Notes under the pieces: model-generated | Told to the model about the DNA's origin: nothing | The model's database searches: none | The model's input: only the letters and a program-made list of their open reading frames with translations | From: a virus | Lineage: Duplodnaviria; Caudoviricetes | Reading direction: 5' to 3' (one strand) | IMG/VR virus record: IMGVR_UViG_3300025018_000183 | Location: 1-54,253 of that record | Length of the DNA: 54,253 nt | Position numbers and translations under genes: made by a program | Part shown: positions 7,780-16,665 of the stretch, piece by piece | Position numbering within the stretch: the first letter of the stretch is position 1 | Layout: each line of letters opens with the position of its first letter

Positions 7780-7990
7780 TCTAGATGTAGATATTCCATG
7801 GCTATTCGATCTGAACCCACTAGACTCCCTCTAGATGTCTCATTGTAACTTATTGATTTTGTTGGGAATTTTTAATATCGGTTCTAAGTAGTTGATTTTG
7901 TTCGGAAAATTATTTTTGCATTTTCATCATAAAACCATTGACAGATATGTCCGGATGTGGTAGAATATTATCAACAAATGGGAAAACTCA
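7780..7990 (+). promoter_or_regulatory. cassette copy: partial TCTAGA hairpin, twin IHF-like sites, promoter, leader
   Basis: actaga-ctccc-tctagatgtc; two TAAnnnnTTGATT; TTGACA 7938, TAGAAT 7961. Confidence 0.8.
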
Positions 7991-8011
7991 TATAATGACT
8001 GAGGTGTTAAA

Positions 8012-8332
8012 ATGATTCCTATTCTTGATGAAGCGAATGGTGACGTTAAAAACTACGTGAATAAAAATTTCACTGTATGTAATGCATCCCGTTGTGGTTT
8101 GAATTATCGAGCTGGTCGTATTTACGTAAATGTAGTAGGCGGTGTAATCGCTGTGCATAAGAACAATGATCATGATCTTCAATACTACGGCGGTTTTAAG
8201 TGTGGCAATAACGATCTGGAACATCGTCATGAACTTGGGGATTTCGTTTTTTACATCTCTGGCGAGCAAGTTACTAATGCGATTGACTGTTTCATAGAAT
8301 CAGAATTTGTGAGAATGACGAATCTGTTTTGA
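8012..8332 (+). CDS. early hypothetical protein, paralog of 50713-51024
   Basis: shared CGLxxRAG, DLxYYGGF, GDxVF motifs. Confidence 0.8.
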   Translation: MIPILDEANGDVKNYVNKNFTVCNASRCGLNYRAGRIYVNVVGGVIAVHKNNDHDLQYYGGFKCGNNDLEHRHELGDFVFYISGEQVTNAIDCFIESEFVRMTNLF

Positions 8333-8404
8333 TTAATATGCGAAGCGAAGATTGATCGCAACAATGTTCATGTTGAAAAGATTCTTTATGAAGAGGTGTT
8401 TTGA

Positions 8405-8641
8405 ATGAGTCGTTCATATCGTAAGATTCCAATTGTAGGTAATACCTACGCGAAATCCGAGAAATCATTTAAGAAGCAATGTTCTCGCGCTCGTCGTCGT
8501 ATCGAATCAAACATTCTATCACAGCTACCGGATGAAACACCAGACATCAATAATGTTACTATTGGTCGTATTGGACCGAAAGACGGTAAGCAGATGATCG
8601 ATCCTTCGAATGAAAAATATGAAGTATATTTTCGCAAATAG
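8405..8641 (+). CDS. small basic phage protein (MSRSYRK...)
   Basis: GAGGTG RBS, 78 aa. Confidence 0.75.
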   Translation: MSRSYRKIPIVGNTYAKSEKSFKKQCSRARRRIESNILSQLPDETPDINNVTIGRIGPKDGKQMIDPSNEKYEVYFRK

Positions 8642-8731
8642 TGAGCATAATGATGTGCACGGACAATCACATAAAACGATACGAAATTGATGCAGAAACG
8701 AATGATCAGCAGCAATATATGTCATGTATAA

Positions 8732-8785
8732 TTGACAGATATGTCCGGATGTAGTAGAATAGTATCAACAAATGGAAAAACACAC
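8732..8785 (+). promoter_or_regulatory. cassette promoter and leader only
   Basis: near-identical to the 7938 promoter, plus tcaacaaatggaaaaacacac. Confidence 0.8.
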
Positions 8786-8821
8786 AAAACTAGTCACGAA
8801 AACTAGAATCGGAGTAGTTAA

Positions 8822-9511
8822 ATGAGTAAGACTGTTGTCGTCGGCGATATTCATGGTAAGTTACATGTTGTTGAAGCTATTCTCGAGATGAATTTGCCAA
8901 CCGTGTTCGTCGGCGACATTTTGGACGCATATGATCAGACTGTATCCAAACAGATTCGGTGTCTAGAGTTGATCATCACTGCCGTTCAAGATCGTGGGAA
9001 TGTTTATTGTACGATGGGCAATCATGATCTTCAGTATCTTGATTCAAGCATGCGTTGTTCTGGGTTTAGCACTAAAACGAAATATGCATTGATGCGGGAT
9101 TTTCGTGGAAAGACGTTGTCTCGTCAAATGCGTGACACGTTTCTTCCATATGTATATATGGAAGGATTTCTTATCTCGCATGCCGGTGTATCAAATCGGC
9201 TATTAAGATATCATAATATCACAATCGACGAATATCTAAACGATGGTAAATTCAATGATATCGGTTATGCGCGTGGTGGTCAATCGCCAGTAGGTGGTTT
9301 GCATTGGTGCGACTGGAATGACGAATTTGAATATGTATCAGGTGTACCGCAAATCGTTGGCCATACACGTGCATCACGCCGTGAGGATGATATCCGATGC
9401 AAGGGTAATTCATATTGTATAGATGCACTTGATCTCGGTTCACGTGACGAGTACTACACTGTCGGTGAAATTAACAATAGCAGTTTTACAAAGCGTCAGG
9501 TTTATATTTAA
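8822..9511 (+). CDS. calcineurin-like metallophosphoesterase
   Basis: GDIHG, GDILD, GNHD, SHAG, GHT motifs. Confidence 0.9.
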   Translation: MSKTVVVGDIHGKLHVVEAILEMNLPTVFVGDILDAYDQTVSKQIRCLELIITAVQDRGNVYCTMGNHDLQYLDSSMRCSGFSTKTKYALMRDFRGKTLSRQMRDTFLPYVYMEGFLISHAGVSNRLLRYHNITIDEYLNDGKFNDIGYARGGQSPVGGLHWCDWNDEFEYVSGVPQIVGHTRASRREDDIRCKGNSYCIDALDLGSRDEYYTVGEINNSSFTKRQVYI

Positions 9512-9724
9512 CACGGCGCGTAAGTAACTATGCATTATTCAACCTTATAGCAATATGAAAAAGAAGGAAGATAAATTGTTTACCGCTTCCGTGATTATGA
9601 ATAATGTATGGGTATCGACTCTACACCGAAGAACGGTATTCATGAGGTAATAGGTAAAAGTTCGTTCTTGCTAACGAAACACTCGGTGAAGGATTTAAAT
9701 AACAATCACATAGTGAATATGCAT

Positions 9725-10297
9725 ATGCAAATTGGATATTTTCATGGGTTTGGTTCGAAATTCGACCCGAACAATAGTAAGGTTAAGCTACTATCACAGT
9801 TAGATCGATGTCATAAAGTTCTCGGTGTTGATCTCGATTATACTCTCGGGGCCGAATATGTAACTGAAAAAGCATTTCAGTTTATTGATGAGAATCGGAT
9901 CGATCTTCTTGTTGGTACTTCAATGGGTGGATGGCTTGCAGCTAAGGTTGGGCATGAACTAGGAATCCCATGGGTTGCATGTAATCCATCAATTAATCCA
10001 TCAGAAACATTAGTTCGTTACATAGGGCATAATGTTGATTTCACCGGTAAAGGGTATACACTCGAACGTAGTGTTATACGTAGCTATGATGATATGGTCT
10101 TTGATGGCTGTGGTTTGATTCTACTTGATATGGGTGATGAATTACTTGATGCCACTAAGACAGCCCTGGATGGAGACGGCCGCGTTGAAGTTGTAATGTT
10201 TAATGGTGGGAGTCATCGATTTGAACACATGGCAGAATCGCTATGCGCGATCGATTTTCATTATGATAAGTGTATAATGAATTATGATATAACGTAG
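9725..10297 (+). CDS. YqiA/YcfP-family alpha/beta hydrolase
   Basis: FHGFGS, GTSMGG, NP, GDELLD, GGSHRF; start trimmed to MQIGY. Confidence 0.85.
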   Translation: MQIGYFHGFGSKFDPNNSKVKLLSQLDRCHKVLGVDLDYTLGAEYVTEKAFQFIDENRIDLLVGTSMGGWLAAKVGHELGIPWVACNPSINPSETLVRYIGHNVDFTGKGYTLERSVIRSYDDMVFDGCGLILLDMGDELLDATKTALDGDGRVEVVMFNGGSHRFEHMAESLCAIDFHYDKCIMNYDIT

Positions 10298-10331
10298 CAT
10301 TATGGATGTCAGTTGATTTTCTCTTTATTCG

Positions 10332-10339
10332 TATAAATA
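10332..10339 (+). promoter_or_regulatory. T4 late promoter
   Basis: TATAAATA 29 nt before the ATG at 10368. Confidence 0.7.
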
Positions 10340-10367
10340 AATAAACAAAAGAATCTGGGATTGTTAT

Positions 10368-10991
10368 ATGATAGGTTTTAAAGAGTTCATATCTGAGAAA
10401 TTTGTAAATGCTATTGACGGTAAGCCAAATGCTTTGTCGCTGAAGCTGTTGTATGTAGATGCTGTATGGGATATCTTACAGCGATCATACAAACCGATTG
10501 GTGGTATTAAGAGTTCTGGCTTCGGTTCACCTGAAGAAATGATAAAGACGATTCCTTTTTGGAAGATTGCGAAGTCAGGCGGTAGAGTTGTTGCGGTTAT
10601 GTTGTATAAAGATCGTAACGGACGAAAGATGACCGCAGCGGGAACAGATGGTAGCGAACAGGGTAAAGCTGCATACGTTGATATTGCGAAAAACGAGTTC
10701 AAACGATCATTCGGTGAAAAGAGTAAAGCATCTCTTGGGTCTGTTATGAAAACGTTTTCATGGCACATGATTGAACCGTTTCTAATCACTCCAGACGAAG
10801 TTAAGAAAATCACGGGTGACGAGATAATTGCAATCACGAAAGTAAAACCGAATGAATGGCCTGATGATGCTAAGATCACATTATCAAAATACCCAGAATT
10901 AAAACCGTATGGGTATTTGCGTGGCATTAATGGTAATATGCTTTTTAAAGTGATGGTCGGTACGCCTGGAAAAACCATTAAACCATATTGA
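10368..10991 (+). CDS. late protein with capsid-targeting-like N-terminus
   Basis: MIGFKEFISE resembles the T4 internal-protein targeting sequence; late promoter. Confidence 0.75.
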   Translation: MIGFKEFISEKFVNAIDGKPNALSLKLLYVDAVWDILQRSYKPIGGIKSSGFGSPEEMIKTIPFWKIAKSGGRVVAVMLYKDRNGRKMTAAGTDGSEQGKAAYVDIAKNEFKRSFGEKSKASLGSVMKTFSWHMIEPFLITPDEVKKITGDEIIAITKVKPNEWPDDAKITLSKYPELKPYGYLRGINGNMLFKVMVGTPGKTIKPY

Positions 10992-11042
10992 CATTAAATG
11001 TGTAACCGTTTATTATAAATCGTCACTGTAATGGATATTAAC

Positions 11043-11504
11043 ATGAATACTGCTTTTGATTTTGATAAAATTCGACTTGAGATCGAGTCGTCACCGCAAA
11101 ATTCAACAATTTATGTTGGTGCAGATTCGCAGGTGCATTCTTCAAAGAAGACTAAGGAAAAGATTGTTACATATGTAACTGTTATTATTCTTCATTATGG
11201 TTCATCGCGTGGCGCTAAAATCTTTCGTTCATACACCAAGAAGCCATACTACGATCAGATTCGTATGCGTCTAATGGACGAAGTACGACTTGCAATTGAT
11301 GCAGGCCTATCAATTATTAGTTCGATTGGTGATCGCGGTTTTGAAATTCACCTTGACATCAATCGTAACATGCAGTATAAGTCATCGGTTATCATTCACG
11401 AAGCAACGGGCTATGTACTAGGTACACTTGGTATTCAGCCTAAGCTAAAGCCAGATTCATTTGCTGCTTCATGTGTAGCAGATCGATTCTGTCACGGACG
11501 ATAA
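11043..11504 (+). CDS. RNase H-like YkuK/DUF458 family protein
   Basis: IYVGADSQ, EIHLDIN, KPDSFAASCVAD; promoter TTGACA at 10988. Confidence 0.8.
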   Translation: MNTAFDFDKIRLEIESSPQNSTIYVGADSQVHSSKKTKEKIVTYVTVIILHYGSSRGAKIFRSYTKKPYYDQIRMRLMDEVRLAIDAGLSIISSIGDRGFEIHLDINRNMQYKSSVIIHEATGYVLGTLGIQPKLKPDSFAASCVADRFCHGR

Positions 11505-11822
11505 AAATCATTCGATGAAGTGGAGCGAAAACATTGCGGACGCGGGTTCGACTCCCGCCTGCTCCACCATGAGAATATTGGTTGATTATCGTGTCCACGA
11601 GATAATCGTAATTTGAGTGACACCAATCCAGTATTTTCATGATGGGGCAGTATTGGAATTCGACGTTGTGTAAGTAGTAAACCATGGAGAATCGTCAAGC
11701 ACTGACGTTAAAGAGAGCAAATTAAATAGTCGCAGTAAATGACGACAACTTCGAGTATGCGCTAGCCGCGTAATCTCGGCGGGGTTTTGGCGGTTTTTCC
11801 TTGGTATACAAAGAACCGCCAA
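11505..11822 (+). ncRNA. ssrA: circularly permuted (two-piece) tmRNA
   Basis: T-arm and ctgctccACCA end at 11569, before the 5' end GGGGCAG at 11644 (G3.U70); tag AVNDDNFEYALAA* at 11732-11773; outer ends approximate. Confidence 0.92.
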
Positions 11823-11835
11823 TCATTTAAGGAGA

Positions 11836-12114
11836 ATGAATACGTTCAGAATTTCACTGATTGTTATTATTCTCGTTATGTATGTTAGTTTCGCGTGTAT
11901 GAATTTCAAGCAAATTGAACACTGTATAATTGATTACTCATATAATGCAGATCATGTAATGCGCGATCTTAACACAACATGTTACGGGCGAGATATAAGC
12001 GATCGCGAATATCAATATTCGCCTAAGTATTGGGTTTGTATAGAAGATGATGAAATTTATTATTTCTTCGATCCCAGTGGTGTGAAGATTCCTTTAAATG
12101 AATTTGATGATTAA
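11836..12114 (+). CDS. exported or membrane hypothetical protein
   Basis: AAGGAG RBS, signal-like N-terminus. Confidence 0.7.
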   Translation: MNTFRISLIVIILVMYVSFACMNFKQIEHCIIDYSYNADHVMRDLNTTCYGRDISDREYQYSPKYWVCIEDDEIYYFFDPSGVKIPLNEFDD

Positions 12115-12162
12115 AACTATCGAAGGATTCAACTATTATTAACATAATGTAGGACGTTTAAT

Positions 12163-12384
12163 ATGGGAAAAGGAAGTAAACCTAGACCGTTTTCAGTTTC
12201 GCTTGATGAATTTGATGCGAACTGGGATATGATCTTTGCCTTGAATAGAAAAGCGCAATCGCACCAAGACGATATTCCTCCCCGTGAAATTCGTTTTTAT
12301 AAAGATAGCATGAACAAAGAGTACGAAACCATTTTCGATAGTGAAGTTAACAATCACGATAAACTAAATGATGATATAGTATAA
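12163..12384 (+). CDS. small phage protein (MGKGSKPRP...)
   Basis: RBS; N-terminal motif familiar from T4-like phages. Confidence 0.7.
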   Translation: MGKGSKPRPFSVSLDEFDANWDMIFALNRKAQSHQDDIPPREIRFYKDSMNKEYETIFDSEVNNHDKLNDDIV

Positions 12385-12390
12385 ATATTC

Positions 12391-12681
12391 ATGATTAGAA
12401 ATAACTGCGGTTAATATCGTTAGTACGCGATTACGTAAGATATAATAATCAGTGTGATTTTACATTAATATGCGAAGATAACTTAATTAAATCTGGCTTT
12501 GAAGGAAATTCCGTGATGATTGCTTTTGAATAATGATGGCGATTTTCGTGGAGATATCATACAAAAGGTACGTATTGCTCGCATAAGTCCCAGTGATCAC
12601 ATAATAATGAATGTCGCTTATGAACGTGATATTTACATCGATGACATATCAAAAGTTAATATCATAAGCACATATAAGTAA
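12391..12681 (+). pseudogene. possible frameshifted late gene
   Basis: TATAAATA at 12380, then coding-like stretches in different frames, ending LNNDGDFRG...STYK*. Confidence 0.3.
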
Positions 12682-12722
12682 TCATATTGTTGAATTTTCT
12701 TCGTGCTATACGGAGAAAACAA

Positions 12723-13106
12723 ATGGAAACGAAAAATGATTTTAGCGGGAATAGTGAAACTAAGAACGTTGAAATTGACCTCAATCGGTTTATATCTATT
12801 CTCGATGAAAACCGTCGGTTAAGCGAAGCAAACATAAAGTATAGGGTTAATCGTCTCTATCAGTTTTATGATCATTTACTTCACATCTCACAGGTGATTG
12901 ATGAATATCGCATCTTCCCGCGTATATTCATTTCTGTCTATCTATATCTTCTATATGAATCATCAATTTGGTATATGACGTTGGCTGAACCGTCTACGAC
13001 ACAGGCGGGTTATATTTCAACAGTTATTGGGGCCGGCGCCGCCTGGTTCGGTTTGTATGCTGCGACTCGAGGAGACGGTAACCGTAAGAAACCAGAACGA
13101 GGCTAG
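12723..13106 (+). CDS. two-TM membrane protein
   Basis: GGAG RBS; RIFPRIF... and GAGAAWFGLY hydrophobic segments. Confidence 0.8.
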   Translation: METKNDFSGNSETKNVEIDLNRFISILDENRRLSEANIKYRVNRLYQFYDHLLHISQVIDEYRIFPRIFISVYLYLLYESSIWYMTLAEPSTTQAGYISTVIGAGAAWFGLYAATRGDGNRKKPERG

Positions 13107-13333
13107 ATGCGGCTTTGCAGCTCCTACAATGGAAACCATCTACGAATTCGGAAACCGCATCTAGCCTCATCTAGATGTCCTCGCGTAACCTATTGATTTC
13201 ATTACATATTTTATCGTTCGCACGTAACCTATTGATTTTGTTACAATAAATTAATTTCGCAGTTTCCATCACAAAACTATTGACAAAGCCGTTCTAGTGT
13301 GGTATAATAGTTTCAACAAATGGTAAAACACAC
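13091..13333 (+). repeat. full cassette: 85-nt four-box hairpin, twin IHF-like sites, promoter, leader
   Basis: gaggctagatgcgg/ccgcatctagcctc; TAACCTATTGATT at 13186 and 13225; TTGACA 13280, TATAAT 13303. Confidence 0.85.
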
Positions 13334-13344
13334 GTGAAATTTCA

Positions 13345-13599
13345 ATGATTCACATTCGTCAGAATATCAAACGTGTCACGCCCGACAAAGTACGAGTCGG
13401 GGATGTGATTGCATTTGGTTTGTCGGGTGTAAATCATAATTGTGTGATCGAGAAGATCACAAATAATGGTCGCGGCTATCAGTTTTATTGGAATAATCTG
13501 ACTGCTTGCGAATTCTATCATAACGAATCATTTGTGTGGATTGGGATTGGGATTGTTAATGAAAACCAAATTGAAGCCCCAAAAGACTACAGTCACTAA
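13345..13599 (+). CDS. early hypothetical protein
   Basis: first ORF after cassette promoter. Confidence 0.65.
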   Translation: MIHIRQNIKRVTPDKVRVGDVIAFGLSGVNHNCVIEKITNNGRGYQFYWNNLTACEFYHNESFVWIGIGIVNENQIEAPKDYSH

Positions 13600-14761
13600 G
13601 CTAACTATGCCAGAGAAGTTTGTGTATGATTTCTCCGACTGGCGTAATATGTCTGGTGCCGAATTTCATTCGCTGAAATTTGAAGCGATCAATTTCTATC
13701 GTCAGCATGTAAAGGCGGCGAATCTGTTTCTTGAAGCGTGGAAATGGATGAAAAAGAACGGATACAGCAAAAACGACATCGAGTTGTGCAAGAATGGAAT
13801 CGGTTATGGCGGATTCGATTCAACCGCTGCAATTCTGTGCAAGCTTCTGAATACTGGTTGTCCGGATTTCAATGTCAATGAGAACGTGTATTGGATGTCA
13901 AACCCGGATCGAACTAAGGAAATCTATCCTCTTAGTGAATATGTTCGAGCACGAGTGAACGACGGTATTGCTCTAGCAAAAAAACGCGTTGTGACGTCAT
14001 CAACTGATTCGGTGACGCGCCGCACGGTCTCTGTTCAAGATCGAATGATTGAACAGATTTCACCGTTGCTTGACGATCTCGAAGGTTTTATTGATGATTG
14101 GCGACGTGATATCGTCCAGATTAAGGACCTCGGCGCGTACGGTCGATTTGCGTCGTTTGATGTCAAGTTGTCATCCGCGCACGCTAAGCTGATTCGTAAT
14201 CACTTTATGCGAATGTACGAAGAAGCACTCGAGCTCTCGAAACGCAATGCTGCACCCGATTTGATTGAATCGTATGGGCATTTCAGTGCAAAGCAGCGGC
14301 GCGATTTCGTTAAGATTTACGCTGAAATCCTTTCAGCGTGTGATCTTGTTGCAGACGAAAAGAAGCAGCGGAAACCTCGCAGGAAGAAAGTTGTTCCAGT
14401 CGATAAGATTGTCGCTCGAGTGAAATATTGCCCAAAGGATGTCGATCTCGGTTTGGTTTCAATTCAACCGCAGGCAGTAGTTGGAAAAACGACCGTCTGG
14501 GTATACAATCGAAAATATCGAGTTCTGACGAAGTACGTTGCTTCTGAAGATGAAGTGCTTACTTTCAAGGGTACCACGATCCAGAACTACGATGAATCGC
14601 AGTCCGATTCGAAAAAGCTTCGGAAGCCAAATGAGATGCTTAAAGAATGGAATGCACTCACAAAAGTTAAGCGTAACAAATACCTTAGTTCAATCCGAAC
14701 TAAGACTATGAAAATCACTGGTCGAGTGAATGGCGATACCCTTCTCTTGAAGGCAGAATAA
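13559..14761 (+). CDS. conserved T4-like hypothetical protein
   Basis: 400-aa ORF; C-terminal FKGTTIQNYD...KKLRKP...GRVN pattern. Confidence 0.8.
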   Translation: MKTKLKPQKTTVTKLTMPEKFVYDFSDWRNMSGAEFHSLKFEAINFYRQHVKAANLFLEAWKWMKKNGYSKNDIELCKNGIGYGGFDSTAAILCKLLNTGCPDFNVNENVYWMSNPDRTKEIYPLSEYVRARVNDGIALAKKRVVTSSTDSVTRRTVSVQDRMIEQISPLLDDLEGFIDDWRRDIVQIKDLGAYGRFASFDVKLSSAHAKLIRNHFMRMYEEALELSKRNAAPDLIESYGHFSAKQRRDFVKIYAEILSACDLVADEKKQRKPRRKKVVPVDKIVARVKYCPKDVDLGLVSIQPQAVVGKTTVWVYNRKYRVLTKYVASEDEVLTFKGTTIQNYDESQSDSKKLRKPNEMLKEWNALTKVKRNKYLSSIRTKTMKITGRVNGDTLLLKAE

Positions 14762-14831
14762 CTAAGAGAAAGGCGAGGTTCGATTCAATGGGACGACTGA
14801 TTTATGAAAATTCGAATGATAGTTAAATGAT

Positions 14832-15395
14832 ATGCACTCTTCTCATTATTCATACGCGCAAAATCCTAAGTCTCTTAATGCTGCTGCTGAGTGGATTGTT
14901 GATAATCTAGTTTCTAAGTTCGCGGGTTATCATTACATCATTGGTTATAGTGGCATGTCGGGTATTTCGATTGCGACTATGGTTTCTCTGCACCTCTCAA
15001 ATCGTGATCTTGATTTTAGCATGTTCTATGTTAGAAAGGCAGGTGAAACACTGCATGGCTGTCCTAGAGAATATAACAAACGGATAATTGAAGTAATTAA
15101 TAATCCTGAAGTTCAATATGTCTGCACTTTCGTTGACGATTTTATTTCAACTGGTAAAACCATGGATTCTGTGAAGACTGCTTTCATTGACGAATTTGAT
15201 CATATTAGTGATATCATTTTTACGAATGCACTAACTGGCCCTGGGAACGAATTTAAAATTTTTACACGTGATAGTGTGCACGATGGGACAGGTAATTGTT
15301 TTAATCCTAACATTCACGAAGTACCAGCAAAATCTACCTTTCGCACTATCTTAGATAATGCCGAAGCTCAATTCCGTGAGGTGTTTAATCTATGA
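14832..15395 (+). CDS. phosphoribosyltransferase-fold protein
   Basis: PRPP-binding motif FVDDFISTGKT; VRKxxExxHG loop. Confidence 0.75.
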   Translation: MHSSHYSYAQNPKSLNAAAEWIVDNLVSKFAGYHYIIGYSGMSGISIATMVSLHLSNRDLDFSMFYVRKAGETLHGCPREYNKRIIEVINNPEVQYVCTFVDDFISTGKTMDSVKTAFIDEFDHISDIIFTNALTGPGNEFKIFTRDSVHDGTGNCFNPNIHEVPAKSTFRTILDNAEAQFREVFNL

Positions 15396-16120
15396 AAATC
15401 GATTCAAGATTTCATGATTTTTATGACAATGCAATTGCATTTGGTGTAGATAAAAAGATTCGTTATCATCGCGAAGTTCGCGGCCCATATTTTTATAGGG
15501 GCTCGCGGTATAGTGATCTAAATCGAAACGATAAAAATTACACTATTCCGATTCCAATGAACGATTTCGAATCAATTACAAGAGCGTACCGCCGATATCT
15601 TTATGGCGATGACATTGATCGAATTCTATATAAACGGAAACATTCATTTCAGTATGTGATTCGTAATTTGCTATTCATCGGTCAGCGTGTATTCTTCTGG
15701 TATATATCTACTCCCAACTACGCACATTGCACCAATTTCAAAAATCATAATAGACCAGTTGATGTATATACAACACCCGGCGAAAATACTGAGATAACGG
15801 ATCGTGTAAATTATGATAATTTCGATGTGCATATGTTATTCGATTCGCCACTAGTATTGTTTCAAGATATTAACTATAGACGATCACATATTACCAGCGA
15901 TCGTGGTAATTGGCGTGAATATCGGCGCGTAATCATGAATCCAATTTTAAGCGCAATCGGGTTTCAGCGACTAATGGATCCATTTGAGACTCGCCAGTTG
16001 ATCGAGAATACTGTCATATCGTTAAACTGTACTGAAGTGTCGAGCGACAATATCCCGAATGATTGTAAGATAACGAGCCATGGCTTTGATACGAAGCAAT
16101 CGTTTCGTCATCGTAAGTAA
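15392..16120 (+). CDS. hypothetical protein
   Basis: 242-aa ORF with GAGGTG RBS. Confidence 0.75.
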   Translation: MKIDSRFHDFYDNAIAFGVDKKIRYHREVRGPYFYRGSRYSDLNRNDKNYTIPIPMNDFESITRAYRRYLYGDDIDRILYKRKHSFQYVIRNLLFIGQRVFFWYISTPNYAHCTNFKNHNRPVDVYTTPGENTEITDRVNYDNFDVHMLFDSPLVLFQDINYRRSHITSDRGNWREYRRVIMNPILSAIGFQRLMDPFETRQLIENTVISLNCTEVSSDNIPNDCKITSHGFDTKQSFRHRK

Positions 16121-16141
16121 GTTAACACGGCGGTATATCAT

Positions 16142-16166
16142 AGGGGAGATATATCTCCCTTTCTTT
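16142..16166. terminator. terminator between convergent genes
   Basis: aggggagata/tatctccctt followed by T-rich tract. Confidence 0.7.
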
Positions 16167-16611
16167 ATATCGATTCTAAACGTCTCATTAATCTTTCAGC
16201 ACGATTCGTTACTTGACGATACCATCGAGAGTCACGGCCATGGATCGCAGCCTCTTTCCAATTATGCTGATTCAATGCGGCGTTCATATTTACGAATAAA
16301 CGCATTTTAGGTTTGCCTAAATTAAATATCATATTGATTAGAACATGCTTTGCAACTCTCGGCCATGTTTCAAAATCTTTATATAATGCGAAGGCCGACA
16401 TAATTGCAATATTTAGATCAGTTTCAAATACCGAATGTACACGATCAGTTAAAATTCTAGTACCCACACTCATATTCCACTCTGGGTCGTTCTTCGTGAC
16501 TAAGTGTCCAATGCCAAATGTCTTATTGTCAAGATGATCGTTGTATAAGTAATACACAACACCCTCATCATGAATAATTTCTTCTTTCAATTGCTCTCTA
16601 TCGATTGACAT
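16165..16611 (-). CDS. e: T4-type lysozyme (GH24 endolysin)
   Basis: HDEG...D...TFGIGHL, NMIFNLG, SRWYRQVTNRAERL; likely start MSIDRE. Confidence 0.9.
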   Translation of the reverse strand: MSIDREQLKEEIIHDEGVVYYLYNDHLDNKTFGIGHLVTKNDPEWNMSVGTRILTDRVHSVFETDLNIAIMSAFALYKDFETWPRVAKHVLINMIFNLGKPKMRLFVNMNAALNQHNWKEAAIHGRDSRWYRQVTNRAERLMRRLESI

Positions 16612-16633
16612 ACTTCGCTCCGTTTGATATAAT
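16605..16633 (+). promoter_or_regulatory. sigma70 promoter of DNA polymerase
   Basis: TTGACA-17nt-TATAAT. Confidence 0.8.
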
Positions 16634-16665
16634 AAACTGTTAATACTAAAAGGTACTTTTGCAAT

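Noticed and set aside
11440-11822. Three minus-strand ORFs
   Set aside because: They are antisense to the tmRNA gene.
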